DNA of 64,000 nt from a virus. Below, piece by piece: positions 43,844 through 54,400 of the stretch. The notes under the pieces were generated by a model, which saw nothing but the letters and a program-made list of their open reading frames with translations, had not been told where the DNA came from and made no database searches. Positions within the stretch are counted from its first letter, which is position 1, and each line of letters starts with the position of its first letter. The DNA lies in IMG/VR virus record IMGVR_UViG_3300032047_002388, positions 64,140-128,139 of that record, one strand, 5' to 3'. The position numbers were made by a program, and so were the translations under genes.

Positions 43844-45201
43844 ATGATATAAAGTTTTTGTTCGATTATAAAACTCCTGCTGGATTTTTATCATTCGGTT
43901 ACAAGAAAAATCAATTACCAGAAGTATTTGAGTTACTACAACGAGAATCTTTGGAACTACAACCCTGCTCAACCATACGAAGAAATCGTGATACTCAAGA
44001 AACTGTATGGGTAAATGGACAATATGTTCCACAACTTATGGACCCTCCATATAATGTTGAAGGAATTCTAACTGGTGATATACTTGATTGGGGACAATGG
44101 GAATCAAATAGTTTTTTCTTAATTCCAATTGAATCGGTTTGGCATGAAAACCCATTTCTCAAATTTATAGAGGATACTACCTTTGAAATATCAGATATGT
44201 TTTCTAACAATCTAATGGAGTTGATAAAAAGACACGATAATGTTAGATTATTTTTTGTAGATTCAAGAGAAGGTGATTATTTAATAAGTCAAAATGTTTA
44301 TTCTAAACTAACCAAGTGGTTAGATGATAATAACATTCATGGTAATGGAAAAATTATTATTTCAACTTTAAATGAATTAGAAAAATACAATATACCAAAA
44401 GATGGTAGGTTCGTGTTTTTCAATAATGAACATTATATTACTCTTGCAGGTTCTCATGTAACTTCATGTTTAAAAAATGATGGTGCAATACAAAGTGATA
44501 GAAAAAGAGATAACTACAATTACGATATTAGACATAATTGGGAAGATAGAGATGTAAAAAAACATTTCAATATGATGAATAGAAATACCACTAGATTGCA
44601 TAGACCATATTTTGTTGGTAGAATGATTCAAGAAGGTATTATAGATAAAGGATTAGTATCATTGTTTCAATCAGATGATTTTGATAATCAAATATTCGAA
44701 TCTGATGTTTATAAATCTGTACAACAAAATTACCCATTTTACATTGATGAAGATGATGCCGAAAGAGTTTCTGCATTTCACAACTATCTATCTGTTAATA
44801 CACCATATATAGAATCATTGTTTACTATTGTTGGTGAAACAAATGCAGATGATACTTCAATATTCATAACAGAAAAGACACTAAAACCAATTATGAATTT
44901 ACATCCATTTTTTGTAGTAGGAAATCCAAACACATTAAAAAAATTACAAGAATTAGGATTTAAAACGTTCAGTTCTATTTGGGATGAATCATATGATTCT
45001 GAATTAAATTTAGAAAACAGAATTGAAATGATTATATCAGAAGTAAAAAAACTTACTGATTTAACATTGGAACAGCTTGATGAAAAAATTCAGAAAATAA
45101 AAAATATATGTATATATAATAGGGAACTGTTAGTAAAACTAAACTACAAAAATTTAAAGTACCAAAATTTAAAAGAATGTTTAAAAACAAAAGTTATATA
45201 A
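43828..45201 (+). CDS. Putative GT-B glycosyltransferase-like protein (paralog of 24162 and 49811)
   Basis: FNMMNR...HR, SLF.IVGET, FITEKTLKPI...HPF and GFKTFS..WDESYD. Confidence 0.55.
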   Translation: MARELNDIKFLFDYKTPAGFLSFGYKKNQLPEVFELLQRESLELQPCSTIRRNRDTQETVWVNGQYVPQLMDPPYNVEGILTGDILDWGQWESNSFFLIPIESVWHENPFLKFIEDTTFEISDMFSNNLMELIKRHDNVRLFFVDSREGDYLISQNVYSKLTKWLDDNNIHGNGKIIISTLNELEKYNIPKDGRFVFFNNEHYITLAGSHVTSCLKNDGAIQSDRKRDNYNYDIRHNWEDRDVKKHFNMMNRNTTRLHRPYFVGRMIQEGIIDKGLVSLFQSDDFDNQIFESDVYKSVQQNYPFYIDEDDAERVSAFHNYLSVNTPYIESLFTIVGETNADDTSIFITEKTLKPIMNLHPFFVVGNPNTLKKLQELGFKTFSSIWDESYDSELNLENRIEMIISEVKKLTDLTLEQLDEKIQKIKNICIYNRELLVKLNYKNLKYQNLKECLKTKVI

Positions 45202-46184
45202 AAGTATTAATTACAGGTGGAGCTGGTTATTTAGGGTCTGTACTTACCGAATATCTTTACCAATATGGTAAACAATATCATTTTGGTGGAATTGAAAAAC
45301 TTACAATATATGATAATCTGATGTACAATCAAACATCAGTTATAAATCAAGTACATAGAAAGAATTTTGAATTTGTTCATGGAGATGTTAGAAATCATGA
45401 ACAATTACTTCCTTATATAGAGGATGCCGATGTAATTATTCCACTTGCAGCAATCGTTGGATTTCCTGCATGTGAAAGAGATAAAGACCTTGCAACAGCA
45501 ATAAACTTTACTCATGTAAAATTTATATGTGATAATTTAAAAGAAGGTCAAAGAATAATTTATCCAAATACAAATAGTGGATATGGAATAGGAGAGAATG
45601 GTGAGTGTACTGAGGAGAGTCCACTTAATCCCATTTCACACTATGGGGTAACCAAAGTAAATGCCGAGAAAGAGGTATTAAAAGCCGGTGGTATATCATT
45701 GAGATTAGCCACCGTCTTTGGTTCATCACCAAGAATGAGAATGGATTTGTTAGTAAACGAGTTTGTTTACAAAGCATTAACTGATAAATACATAACAATA
45801 TTTGAAAAGAATTTTGTTAGAAATTATATTCACATTAGAGATGTTGCACATGCATTTTACTTTAGTTTAACTAACTATGATAAAATGGGTGGAAATGCTT
45901 TTAATGTAGGATTATCAGATGCAAATTTATCAAAACAACAATTGGTAGAGAAGATAAAAGAATATGTACCAGATTTCGCAATCACATATTCAGATTATTA
46001 TGAGGACCCAGATAAACGAGATTATATCGTATCAAATAAAAAAATTGAAAATCTAGGTTGGCAACCAAGATACTCATTAGATGATGGTATTGAAGAATTA
46101 ATTAAAACTTATACCATTCTAATTTCAGATTTAAGTTCAAAATATAGAAATGGATTCCCTTTAGGTTATGGCAATAGGACGTAG
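45177..46184 (+). CDS. NAD-dependent nucleotide-sugar epimerase/dehydratase (extended SDR)
   Basis: TGGAGYLG, LAAIVG, YGVTK (YxxxK), LRLATVFG and R.YIHI.D. Confidence 0.9.
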   Translation: MFKNKSYIKVLITGGAGYLGSVLTEYLYQYGKQYHFGGIEKLTIYDNLMYNQTSVINQVHRKNFEFVHGDVRNHEQLLPYIEDADVIIPLAAIVGFPACERDKDLATAINFTHVKFICDNLKEGQRIIYPNTNSGYGIGENGECTEESPLNPISHYGVTKVNAEKEVLKAGGISLRLATVFGSSPRMRMDLLVNEFVYKALTDKYITIFEKNFVRNYIHIRDVAHAFYFSLTNYDKMGGNAFNVGLSDANLSKQQLVEKIKEYVPDFAITYSDYYEDPDKRDYIVSNKKIENLGWQPRYSLDDGIEELIKTYTILISDLSSKYRNGFPLGYGNRT

Positions 46185-46773
46185 TGTATATTATAAAGAA
46201 AGAAGTTGGAATGATTTCCACATATACTCATCAAAAGTTTTAACTGGTGGGGTTAAGATTGTACAACCATCTGTTTATCATGAACAAAGAGGTGAAATAT
46301 CTACAACATATCATTCTGATTACTATGATAGATTGATACCAGTTGAAGAAAGACAAGATGGAGTAAACTTTAAACACGATAGATATTCAAAATCAGAAGA
46401 GGGAGTACTTAGAGGGTTACACTATGATGATAAAACATGGAAACTTGTATCATGTTTGACTGGTAAAATTTATTTAGTAGTTTTAGATGTAAGAGGTGGT
46501 AATACAACTAGAAATCCACAATATGGAAGTTGGGAAACCTATATACTTTCACCCTCAACACAATCACAAGTACTTATACCACCTGGATTTGCTAATGGAC
46601 ATTATGTAATGGAAAAAAATTCTATATTCTATTACAAATTAGCTTACAAAGGTGAGTTTAACGATGTAGATAAACAACAAACAATAAAATGGAATAGTAA
46701 GAAGTTCAATATAGAATGGCCTTGTACTAATCCGATAATTTCTAAAAGAGATGCAAATGGAAAAGATTCTTAA
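46168..46773 (+). CDS. rmlC: dTDP-4-dehydrorhamnose 3,5-epimerase (cupin)
   Basis: S..GVLRGLHY, KLV.C..G.I..V..D.R, IPPGFANGH and I.WP..NPIIS.RD. Confidence 0.88.
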   Translation: MAIGRSVYYKERSWNDFHIYSSKVLTGGVKIVQPSVYHEQRGEISTTYHSDYYDRLIPVEERQDGVNFKHDRYSKSEEGVLRGLHYDDKTWKLVSCLTGKIYLVVLDVRGGNTTRNPQYGSWETYILSPSTQSQVLIPPGFANGHYVMEKNSIFYYKLAYKGEFNDVDKQQTIKWNSKKFNIEWPCTNPIISKRDANGKDS

Positions 46774-47398
46774 TTTAGATTATCATGAAGATAGATGGAC
46801 TGCTAGTAACTTATCAGTTCAAGAACTAATTGATTTCGAAGATGACATAATAACACATTGGTCAAATGGAGAAATCAGAGGACCAGTTCACTTATCAAAT
46901 GGTAATGAAGAACAATTAATAAAAATATTTAATAAAATAGCAGTTGAGGATTGGGTATTTTCAACTTGGAGGTCTCATTATCATGCACTATTACATGGTG
47001 TAGAACCTGAAGTATTAAAAAAAGATATATTAGATGGAAAATCTATAACTATTGTAAACAAAGAATGTAAATTTTATTCATCAGCAATTGTAACTGGTAC
47101 TTTACCAATAGCACTCGGAGTTGCTAGAGGATTAAAACAACAAGGAAGTAAAGATAAAGTTTGGGTTTTCTTAGGGGATATGGCATTTGAAAGTGGTATC
47201 TTCTATGAAGTTCACAAATATGCTAGAAACTATGATTTACCACTTCACTTTGTGGTGGAAGATAATGGTGTAAGTACAAATACCCCAACATTAGATACAT
47301 GGGGTGGTATTCAAAGAGAAATACCAGAAGATGTAATCTATTATAAGTATGAATCAAAATATCCCCACTATGGGACAGGAAAATGGGTAGTATTTTAG
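46751..47398 (+). CDS. ThDP-dependent enzyme, shortened E1 alpha-like subunit
   Basis: GPVHLS.GNE, STWRSHYH, SAIV.G and GDMAFE.G.FYE...VVEDN (variant of the GDG-X26-N motif). Confidence 0.85.
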   Translation: MQMEKILNLDYHEDRWTASNLSVQELIDFEDDIITHWSNGEIRGPVHLSNGNEEQLIKIFNKIAVEDWVFSTWRSHYHALLHGVEPEVLKKDILDGKSITIVNKECKFYSSAIVTGTLPIALGVARGLKQQGSKDKVWVFLGDMAFESGIFYEVHKYARNYDLPLHFVVEDNGVSTNTPTLDTWGGIQREIPEDVIYYKYESKYPHYGTGKWVVF

Positions 47399-48318
47399 TA
47401 ACAGGTTGTAGCGGATTAGTTGGAACTCACTTAGTTCACAAACTATTAGAAAAAGGACACAAGGTAGTTGGTGTAGATATTAAACATTCAACTGCATTAC
47501 CAGAAATATCTGAAAATTTTACATTTGATGATATGGATTTAAGAGATGCAGATGATGTAAACATATTGTTCAACGAATTTAAGTTTGATGGAGTTATAAA
47601 TGCGTTTGGTATCAAAGGTTCTCCAATCAGAGCAAAGGAATCACCCTTAGATTTTTTAGAACCATCGATTAAAGTAAACACAAACGTAATTGAAAACTCA
47701 CATAAACATAATTGTTGGTTAGTATTTATGAGTTCGGTTGGAGTTTATGAACCAGCAGAAGTATTTGTAGAAGATACTGTTTGGAAAACACTTCCATCAC
47801 CAAATGATTGGTTTCCATCTTGGAGTAAAAGAATACCAGAGTTATATTTAGAAGCACACAAAGTACAACATGGATATGATAGATGGACAATTGTAAGACC
47901 TGCAAATATTTTTGGAGAATACGATAACTTTGGTGAAGGTGCAACTGTAATCGGAGCAACTTGTAGAAAAGTGTACGATTCTGATGGAGAAATTGAGGCA
48001 TGGGGAGATGGAACACCAACAAGAGATTTTATATACGCTGGAGATGTTGCTGATGGGTGTATAAAGTGTTTAGAGAAAGAATTACACATTACTACTAACT
48101 TAGGTAGTGGTGAAGAGATATCAATCAAAAGAATGATTGAAACAGTTGCTAAAGTTAGTGACAAAAAAATAAAAATTAATTGGGATACTTCAAAACCCAA
48201 TGGTGATATGAGAAGAAAGATGAGTACTAAGGTACAAGAAGAATTTGGTCTATTACCAAAACTAGGATTTGAAGAAGGAATAAAAAATACATACAAATAT
48301 TATGAAAAAAACAGATAA
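47383..48318 (+). CDS. Extended SDR, GDP-fucose synthase-like
   Basis: TGCSGLVG, VRPANIFG, WGDGTPTRDFIY..D and NLGSG.EISI. Confidence 0.8.
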   Translation: MGSILVTGCSGLVGTHLVHKLLEKGHKVVGVDIKHSTALPEISENFTFDDMDLRDADDVNILFNEFKFDGVINAFGIKGSPIRAKESPLDFLEPSIKVNTNVIENSHKHNCWLVFMSSVGVYEPAEVFVEDTVWKTLPSPNDWFPSWSKRIPELYLEAHKVQHGYDRWTIVRPANIFGEYDNFGEGATVIGATCRKVYDSDGEIEAWGDGTPTRDFIYAGDVADGCIKCLEKELHITTNLGSGEEISIKRMIETVAKVSDKKIKINWDTSKPNGDMRRKMSTKVQEEFGLLPKLGFEEGIKNTYKYYEKNR

Positions 48319-49294
48319 GATATTAGTTACTGGTGCAAGTGGGTTCATCGGCTCAAGATTAATCAAGATGTTATATGAAAGTGGTTATACTAACCTAAGG
48401 TCAACTAGTTGGTCGAGGGAGTTACGCAAAGATTTTGATGGTTACGAGAATGTTGAGCACACTAATGGAGATTTAAGAGATGCATCTTTTTGTGAGTTAA
48501 TCTCAAAAGATGTGGATGTCGTTTTCCATTGTGCCGCGAACACGTCCAATGCTTTGGATACTAAAGTGAACCCGCTTCTCCATGTAACTCCTAATGTAGA
48601 GATGAATACAAATCTTATGGAACAAAGTTGGAGAAACAAAGTTCGTAAGTTTATGTTTATATCATCAAATACTACTTATCCAGATGTGGGTGATGAATAT
48701 TGTACAGAAGATATGGAAGTACAAACACCTAACATATACCCAGTCTACAAGGCAGTAGGTTGGATGAAGAGATATGGGGAAACACTATGTGAGTTTTTCT
48801 CAAATCAAATACATGACCCTATGCAATGTGTAATTATCAGACCATCTAACTCATTTGGACCGAATGATAAATACGATTTTGAGAAATGTCATGTAACACC
48901 TGCAAATATTAGAAAAGTTGCAGATAACTTAAATCCAATCCCACTATGGGGAGATGGAACTGAGGTTCGAGATATCATTCATGTTGATGATATGGTAAAT
49001 GGTTTCATGACAGTAGCAGAAAATGTAGATGAATACGATATTTACAACGTATGCTATGGAAAAGGATATACTGTGATGGAAGTGTTAGAACTTATCAAAG
49101 AAATAGAGGGGAACGACAATCCTATTGAGTTTGTAAACAACAAAGCCCCTATGATTCCAAAGAGATTATTATCAAATGAGAAACTACTCAAACTTGGATG
49201 GAAACCTAAGTACGATTTAGAAAGTGGATTGAGAGATGCACTTAAATGGTATAAAGAAAACAAACACCAATTTGACCCTAATTCAAAACCATAA
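48302..49294 (+). CDS. Extended SDR, GDP-fucose synthase-like
   Basis: TGASGFIG, FHCAA, RPSN.FGP.D, HV.PA.IRK and WGDGTEVRD..HVDD. Confidence 0.82.
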   Translation: MKKTDKILVTGASGFIGSRLIKMLYESGYTNLRSTSWSRELRKDFDGYENVEHTNGDLRDASFCELISKDVDVVFHCAANTSNALDTKVNPLLHVTPNVEMNTNLMEQSWRNKVRKFMFISSNTTYPDVGDEYCTEDMEVQTPNIYPVYKAVGWMKRYGETLCEFFSNQIHDPMQCVIIRPSNSFGPNDKYDFEKCHVTPANIRKVADNLNPIPLWGDGTEVRDIIHVDDMVNGFMTVAENVDEYDIYNVCYGKGYTVMEVLELIKEIEGNDNPIEFVNNKAPMIPKRLLSNEKLLKLGWKPKYDLESGLRDALKWYKENKHQFDPNSKP

Positions 49295-49839
49295 TGGCAA
49301 ATCCAGAATTTACACCTTATTTAGATGCTTTAACAGAAGCTATGAAACTTACAATGGAAGATGATAAAACAATATTCATCGGACAACAAATAGTTTACTA
49401 TGGTAACCCAATGAGTAAAACAATTGAAGGTTTACCAAAAGAAAGAATGATAGAAACACCAGTAATGGAAGAAACCCAAATGGGAATGACTATGGGATTG
49501 GCTATGACAGGTCATCAAGTTGTTACATTTTATCCAAGATGGGATTTCTTAATTCTAGCATGTAATCAATTAATAAATCATTTAGATAAATTAGAGGCAA
49601 TGTCTGATGGTGAATGGAGACCAAACGTAATTGTACGAGTTGGTAAAGGTTCTGATAAACCATTAGACCCTGGTCATCAACACAAGGCTGATTATACCGA
49701 TGCATTTGAACAGATGGTTACAAATTGTACTATTCATAAATTAGATAAAGTAGAAAAGATTGTACCTGCATACGAACAAGCATTATCAGAAGGGGGAGTA
49801 CATATTATAGTTGAATATCCAGAACTATATTATGTTTAA
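49294..49839 (+). CDS. ThDP-dependent enzyme, E1 beta-like pyrimidine-binding subunit (no C-terminal domain)
   Basis: FIGQ, ETPVMEE...G...GLA..G, NQL.N and G.QH. Confidence 0.82.
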   Translation: MANPEFTPYLDALTEAMKLTMEDDKTIFIGQQIVYYGNPMSKTIEGLPKERMIETPVMEETQMGMTMGLAMTGHQVVTFYPRWDFLILACNQLINHLDKLEAMSDGEWRPNVIVRVGKGSDKPLDPGHQHKADYTDAFEQMVTNCTIHKLDKVEKIVPAYEQALSEGGVHIIVEYPELYYV

Positions 49840-51271
49840 ACTTGAAAGTGATAAACTAAATAGGGTTTTTGATTATTTTGGACCAAGTGGGATAATCCCT
49901 AATGGTTTAAATTACAATTTCTTAGATTCCTATATCTTAAACGATTTCCAACAAGGAAAAAGTATAGAACACTTCATAAAAAAATACGAACAAGTTGCAA
50001 CTTACGATTGTAACCACAATATTCCAGCTGACGTTTGTAATGATATTAGTGTTAAAGATTTTTCTTTACTTAATAGTAACGAACATACAACATTTTATCC
50101 CATAACTCCATTTGGTAGTGTATTATGTGGATTAGGTGAAGATTTTACCTTTCATGAGAATGCAACCTTCTTTGATTTCATATCTAAAACAGCAAAACAA
50201 CAAATTATAGATAAAAACCTACACATCTTATTTGATTATAGTAGTGAGGGTGATATTAGAGAAGTGGTATTTGAAAGAATTCATGAGGGATTAAAAAAAC
50301 ACGATATTCCAGCAGATAGATTAGTATTTGTTTGTTCTGCTGTAAACACACACGATATTTATTCTAATTGGTTACAAGAAAATCCACAAGAAGTAAAAAT
50401 TAAAACTGCGGTTTATCCATGGGCTGTATATGCAAAATCTAGGGAACTAAAACAAATCCTTGAATCTGGTAATTTTGAATTTAAAGGTGGAACTTCAACA
50501 TATGCAAGTACTGATAGTATAGATTTTGATTCTAAGCGAACTCATAAGTTTTTATGTTTGAATAGAAGATTAAAACCTCATAGAATTATATTACTGGCAT
50601 TACTTGAAAATCATGGATTGGTAAAAGATAACTTAGTATCCTATGATATCAATATGTTATATTGTAATGATGCACAAATACCATTTCAAGTAGATTTACA
50701 ACAACAACAATACACTTCAGATAAAGAACAGATTAAAGATATATTGAAAGGATATCATACTTTAAGGAAAAGAAAGAAACAAGTAGTTGATAATGATGAT
50801 ATACATTCTGTATGGGGGTTTGGTTATGAAAATGCAAGTGATTATCAGAACACTTATTTTAGTATTGTAAGTGAAACACTATTTTACGAGTTTGCAACAT
50901 ATATTAGTGAAAAAACATTTAAACCATTTGCACATTGTCATCCATTTGTTATGGTATCGAAACAAGGTACTTTAAAATACTTAAAAGAAATAGGATTTAA
51001 AACATTTGGTGATTTTTGGGATGAAAGTTATGATGATGAAGAAGATAATGAAATCAGAATGAAAAAAATTGCTAAATTAGTTAAAGAGTTAGCAGAAAAA
51101 ACCGATGAAGAATGGTTGGAGTTATATAAAAAAATGAAACCTGTATTATTATATAACAGAGAGAAGTTACTTGAGTTTGGAAACAATACAGATGGGTTAG
51201 CAAAAAATTATTTAACAAAACTTAAAAAACTAGTACATGGGGATTATCAAGAAAATTATTCTTTACTTTAA
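49811..51271 (+). CDS. Putative GT-B glycosyltransferase-like protein (third paralog); start probably 49832
   Basis: KFLCLNRR.KPHR, YFSIVSET, ISEKTFKPF...HPF and GFKTF..FWDESYD. Confidence 0.55.
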   Translation: MNIQNYIMFKLESDKLNRVFDYFGPSGIIPNGLNYNFLDSYILNDFQQGKSIEHFIKKYEQVATYDCNHNIPADVCNDISVKDFSLLNSNEHTTFYPITPFGSVLCGLGEDFTFHENATFFDFISKTAKQQIIDKNLHILFDYSSEGDIREVVFERIHEGLKKHDIPADRLVFVCSAVNTHDIYSNWLQENPQEVKIKTAVYPWAVYAKSRELKQILESGNFEFKGGTSTYASTDSIDFDSKRTHKFLCLNRRLKPHRIILLALLENHGLVKDNLVSYDINMLYCNDAQIPFQVDLQQQQYTSDKEQIKDILKGYHTLRKRKKQVVDNDDIHSVWGFGYENASDYQNTYFSIVSETLFYEFATYISEKTFKPFAHCHPFVMVSKQGTLKYLKEIGFKTFGDFWDESYDDEEDNEIRMKKIAKLVKELAEKTDEEWLELYKKMKPVLLYNREKLLEFGNNTDGLAKNYLTKLKKLVHGDYQENYSLL

Positions 51272-51365
51272 AAAAAGAAAAGAAGAGAAGGAACGAAAAG
51301 AATTGTATAAAAAGAAATTAGCGGAACTTAGAAAACGAGACCCGTTCATTTATAAAAACAAATAG
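51237..51365 (+). CDS. Small basic protein (42 aa, not in the ORF track)
   Basis: MGIIKKIILYFKKRKEEKERKELYKKKLAELRKRDPFIYKNK*; ends the glycan operon before the next promoter. Confidence 0.6.
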   Translation: MGIIKKIILYFKKRKEEKERKELYKKKLAELRKRDPFIYKNK

Positions 51366-51392
51366 ATTTTAGTACCTTATTATAAAACTTTA

Positions 51393-51400
51393 TATTTATA
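51393..51400 (+). promoter_or_regulatory. Putative late promoter TATTTATA
   Basis: Recurrent motif upstream of ATG 51422. Confidence 0.7.
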
Positions 51401-51421
51401 TACTGACAAGGTATATCCAGT

Positions 51422-54400
51422 ATGAACGAACTTTCGCAATATTTAGTAGAACAAGTACTGTTAGAGGATGAGAATCCTATTAAAAAAACAGTAGTAGTAT
51501 TTGTGGGTAGGTTTCAACCTATGCATAAAGGACATTATGGTACTTATCAACATCTTGTCAAAAAGTTCGGTAAGAATAATGTGTACATAGGTACATCTGA
51601 TAAAGTACAATTACCTAAATCACCTTTTAACTTCAAAGAGAAGGTGAAAATTGCAACTTCAATGTTTGGAATCCCCAAATCCAAAATATTCAAAGTTAAA
51701 AATCCATACAAACCAACAGAAATCCTTAAAAAGTTTGATGAAAAAACAACTGCATTCATAACAGTAGTTGGAATGAAGGATAAGGATAGATTAAAACCAG
51801 ATAGTGGTAAATACTTTCAATCATACAAAGGAGAACCATCTGTGGGATATCGAGATGGTGGGTACGTTTATGCTGCACCCCAAAGTGGTGGTGGTATAAG
51901 TGGAACTGAAACTCGTAATGGGTTATCAGTTGGTTCGGACGAACAAAAACAAAATTTCTTTAAGAAAAGAGCATATGGTAAGTTCAACGCCACAATATTC
52001 AAAATGATTACCGATAAACTTAACGAAGATTTAGAAGTTAAGAAGGAATGGATATATGATTCATTAACTGAAATATCATCAACAACTATTGGTGGAGGTG
52101 ATGTGGATGATGGACCAAATATCGTTTATCCATCTGCAGATTTATTCAAAAAGATGTCAATCGAAAGAGCTGCACAAATCGGATTTGATGTTGTAGGTGA
52201 TATTCTTGGTGGAGAGGAATCAATTGATAAAACAGATTACAGAGTATATGGAGATGGACCAGTAGGAGCAGTATCATTCTTTCCAGCTGGTATCATTGGT
52301 ACTATGACCCCAAACAACCAAGTAGATATCTACTCAAGAGGTGCATATTCACAATGGTTTAAACATGCAACAAGAGCAGCATCACTTGTAGGATATGAAT
52401 TAGTTAGAGGATTGGGTATAAATAAAGATGATGCTCAAAAATCTGGTGATGATGCAAAAGGAGCTAAGGAGTTAGAGAAAGAATTCGAACAAAACCTACA
52501 AGAAAACATAGTACTACCTGTTAAAGTTGGTGATACCATTATGACTGGTAGATTTAAGAACAAAAAGACAGTTGTAAAAACTATTGGTAAGGATGAACAT
52601 GGAATGCCAACTATCAATGGTAGAAAAGTAGTAACTTTTCGACTGATGAAAGAAGGATTTATTGCAGAAATCGCAGGAACAGAAATAGATTGCCCTAAGT
52701 GTAATCATTCATGGGAGTTAGAATCGGATGATGATGAAAAATACCTTTGTCATAATTGTGGATATGATTCACAACAACAAGAATACGATTTTGATGCATT
52801 TGATTCGTGGCAAGAAAAAAATGGAATGTTGGATGAGAGAGGTAAACTAAGACCATCTCAAAAACTTGCTAGAAAAAGAGCAATGGCTGGAAAGGCCAGA
52901 CAGATTGCAAGAAAAAGAAAAAGAACAATGATGAGAAGAAAATCATTTGATAAACTAAAAAAGATTGCATACAAACAAGCATATAGACAAGTTTATGATG
53001 AATTCCATCAAGATTTATTTCCAGGTATCAAGAAATCAGATTTATCTATCAAACAATCGAAAGTAATTCATAAAAATGTAGTAAGAAAAAAAGGTAGAGT
53101 AATGAAACGTGCAAAATTCAAATTCTTACCTGCATTAAGGGCCAAAGAAGCCGAAAAGTTTGGACAAAAGGAAGATTCAAATCCAAAGGCACATCCACAA
53201 GGTAGTAAGAAAATATCAGGTCGTACAACTGTAATGGATATGTTGGATGTAATTTCTCATAAAGAATTTGGACCTGATTTTGAAAAACTATCAGTTTCTC
53301 AAAAGAAAAAAGTAATTAAGATTGCAAAAAAACATAAATTTGTAACTGAGAATAAAAAGATGATATCAGAAGGTGGTGCGTATGGACACATGTCTCACCC
53401 ATTTGATACTGATATCAATTTAACCTTTGGACAACTTAAAGATATCGTAAATCGTGCACTCGAAGGTTCACTTGAATTCACTAGAGAGAAAACTGATGGT
53501 CAAGCATTGGCAATTTCATGGAGAGATGGAAGATTAGTTGCAGCAAGAAACAAAGGACACCTAAAAAACAAAGGTGAGAACGCTTTAGATATCAAAGGTG
53601 TATCAGATAAGTTTCAAGGTAGGGGTGGATTGAGTGATGCATACAATTATGCGATGAAAGACCTTTCAACTGCAATCAAATCTCTTTCAGATAAACAAAG
53701 AGATAAGATTTTTAAACAAGGTGCATGTTTTATGAACCTTGAAGTAATATATCCAACATCAGTTAACGTAATTCCTTATGGACAAGCGTTACTTGTGTTC
53801 CATGGCACTATGGAATTCAATGAAGAAGGTGTTGCGATTGGAGAGAATGGTGAAGCAGCAAGAATATTAGCTGGTATGATTAAACAAGTCAACAAAGATG
53901 TACAAGATAATTACACAATTCAAGGACCACCTATCGTAAAATTACCAAAATCACAAGATTTATCAAAAAAACGTAGTAAATACTCATCACAGATATCTAA
54001 ATTACAAAAAGAGTTTGGATTAAAGGATACAGATGGTGTTGCAAACTACCATCAAGCGTGGTGGGAACAATGGGTTGATAAGAATTCTCCATCAACACTC
54101 GATAACAAAACCAAAATGGGGTTAGTTAAGAGATGGGCGTTCTTTGATAAGAAGTTTAGATTAGATAAAAAGAACATTACTGATGAAAAAACATTAGAAT
54201 GGGCTAAAAAGATAGATAAAGATGACCAAAAGAAGATTGGTAAGAAGAACTTAATGAAGTTCGAACAGATATTCTTAGGTTTAGGTGCTGAAGTATTAGA
54301 ATTTACTTCATCTGCCCTTACTGTTAATCCTGATAAGGCAGTTCGTGATATGAAAAAACGAATTGATAAAACAATCAAAGATGTTAAGAAATCAGCTGAC

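Noticed and set aside
47745-48296. Long antisense ORFs (this one, 54052-54528, 63030-63509, 12306-12584 and similar) and short alternate-frame ORFs
   Set aside because: They shadow well-supported + strand genes and show no recognisable motifs.
46751-49839. Pyruvate dehydrogenase auxiliary metabolic genes
   Set aside because: The subunits are truncated, there is no E2 or E3, and they are embedded among nucleotide-sugar enzymes.
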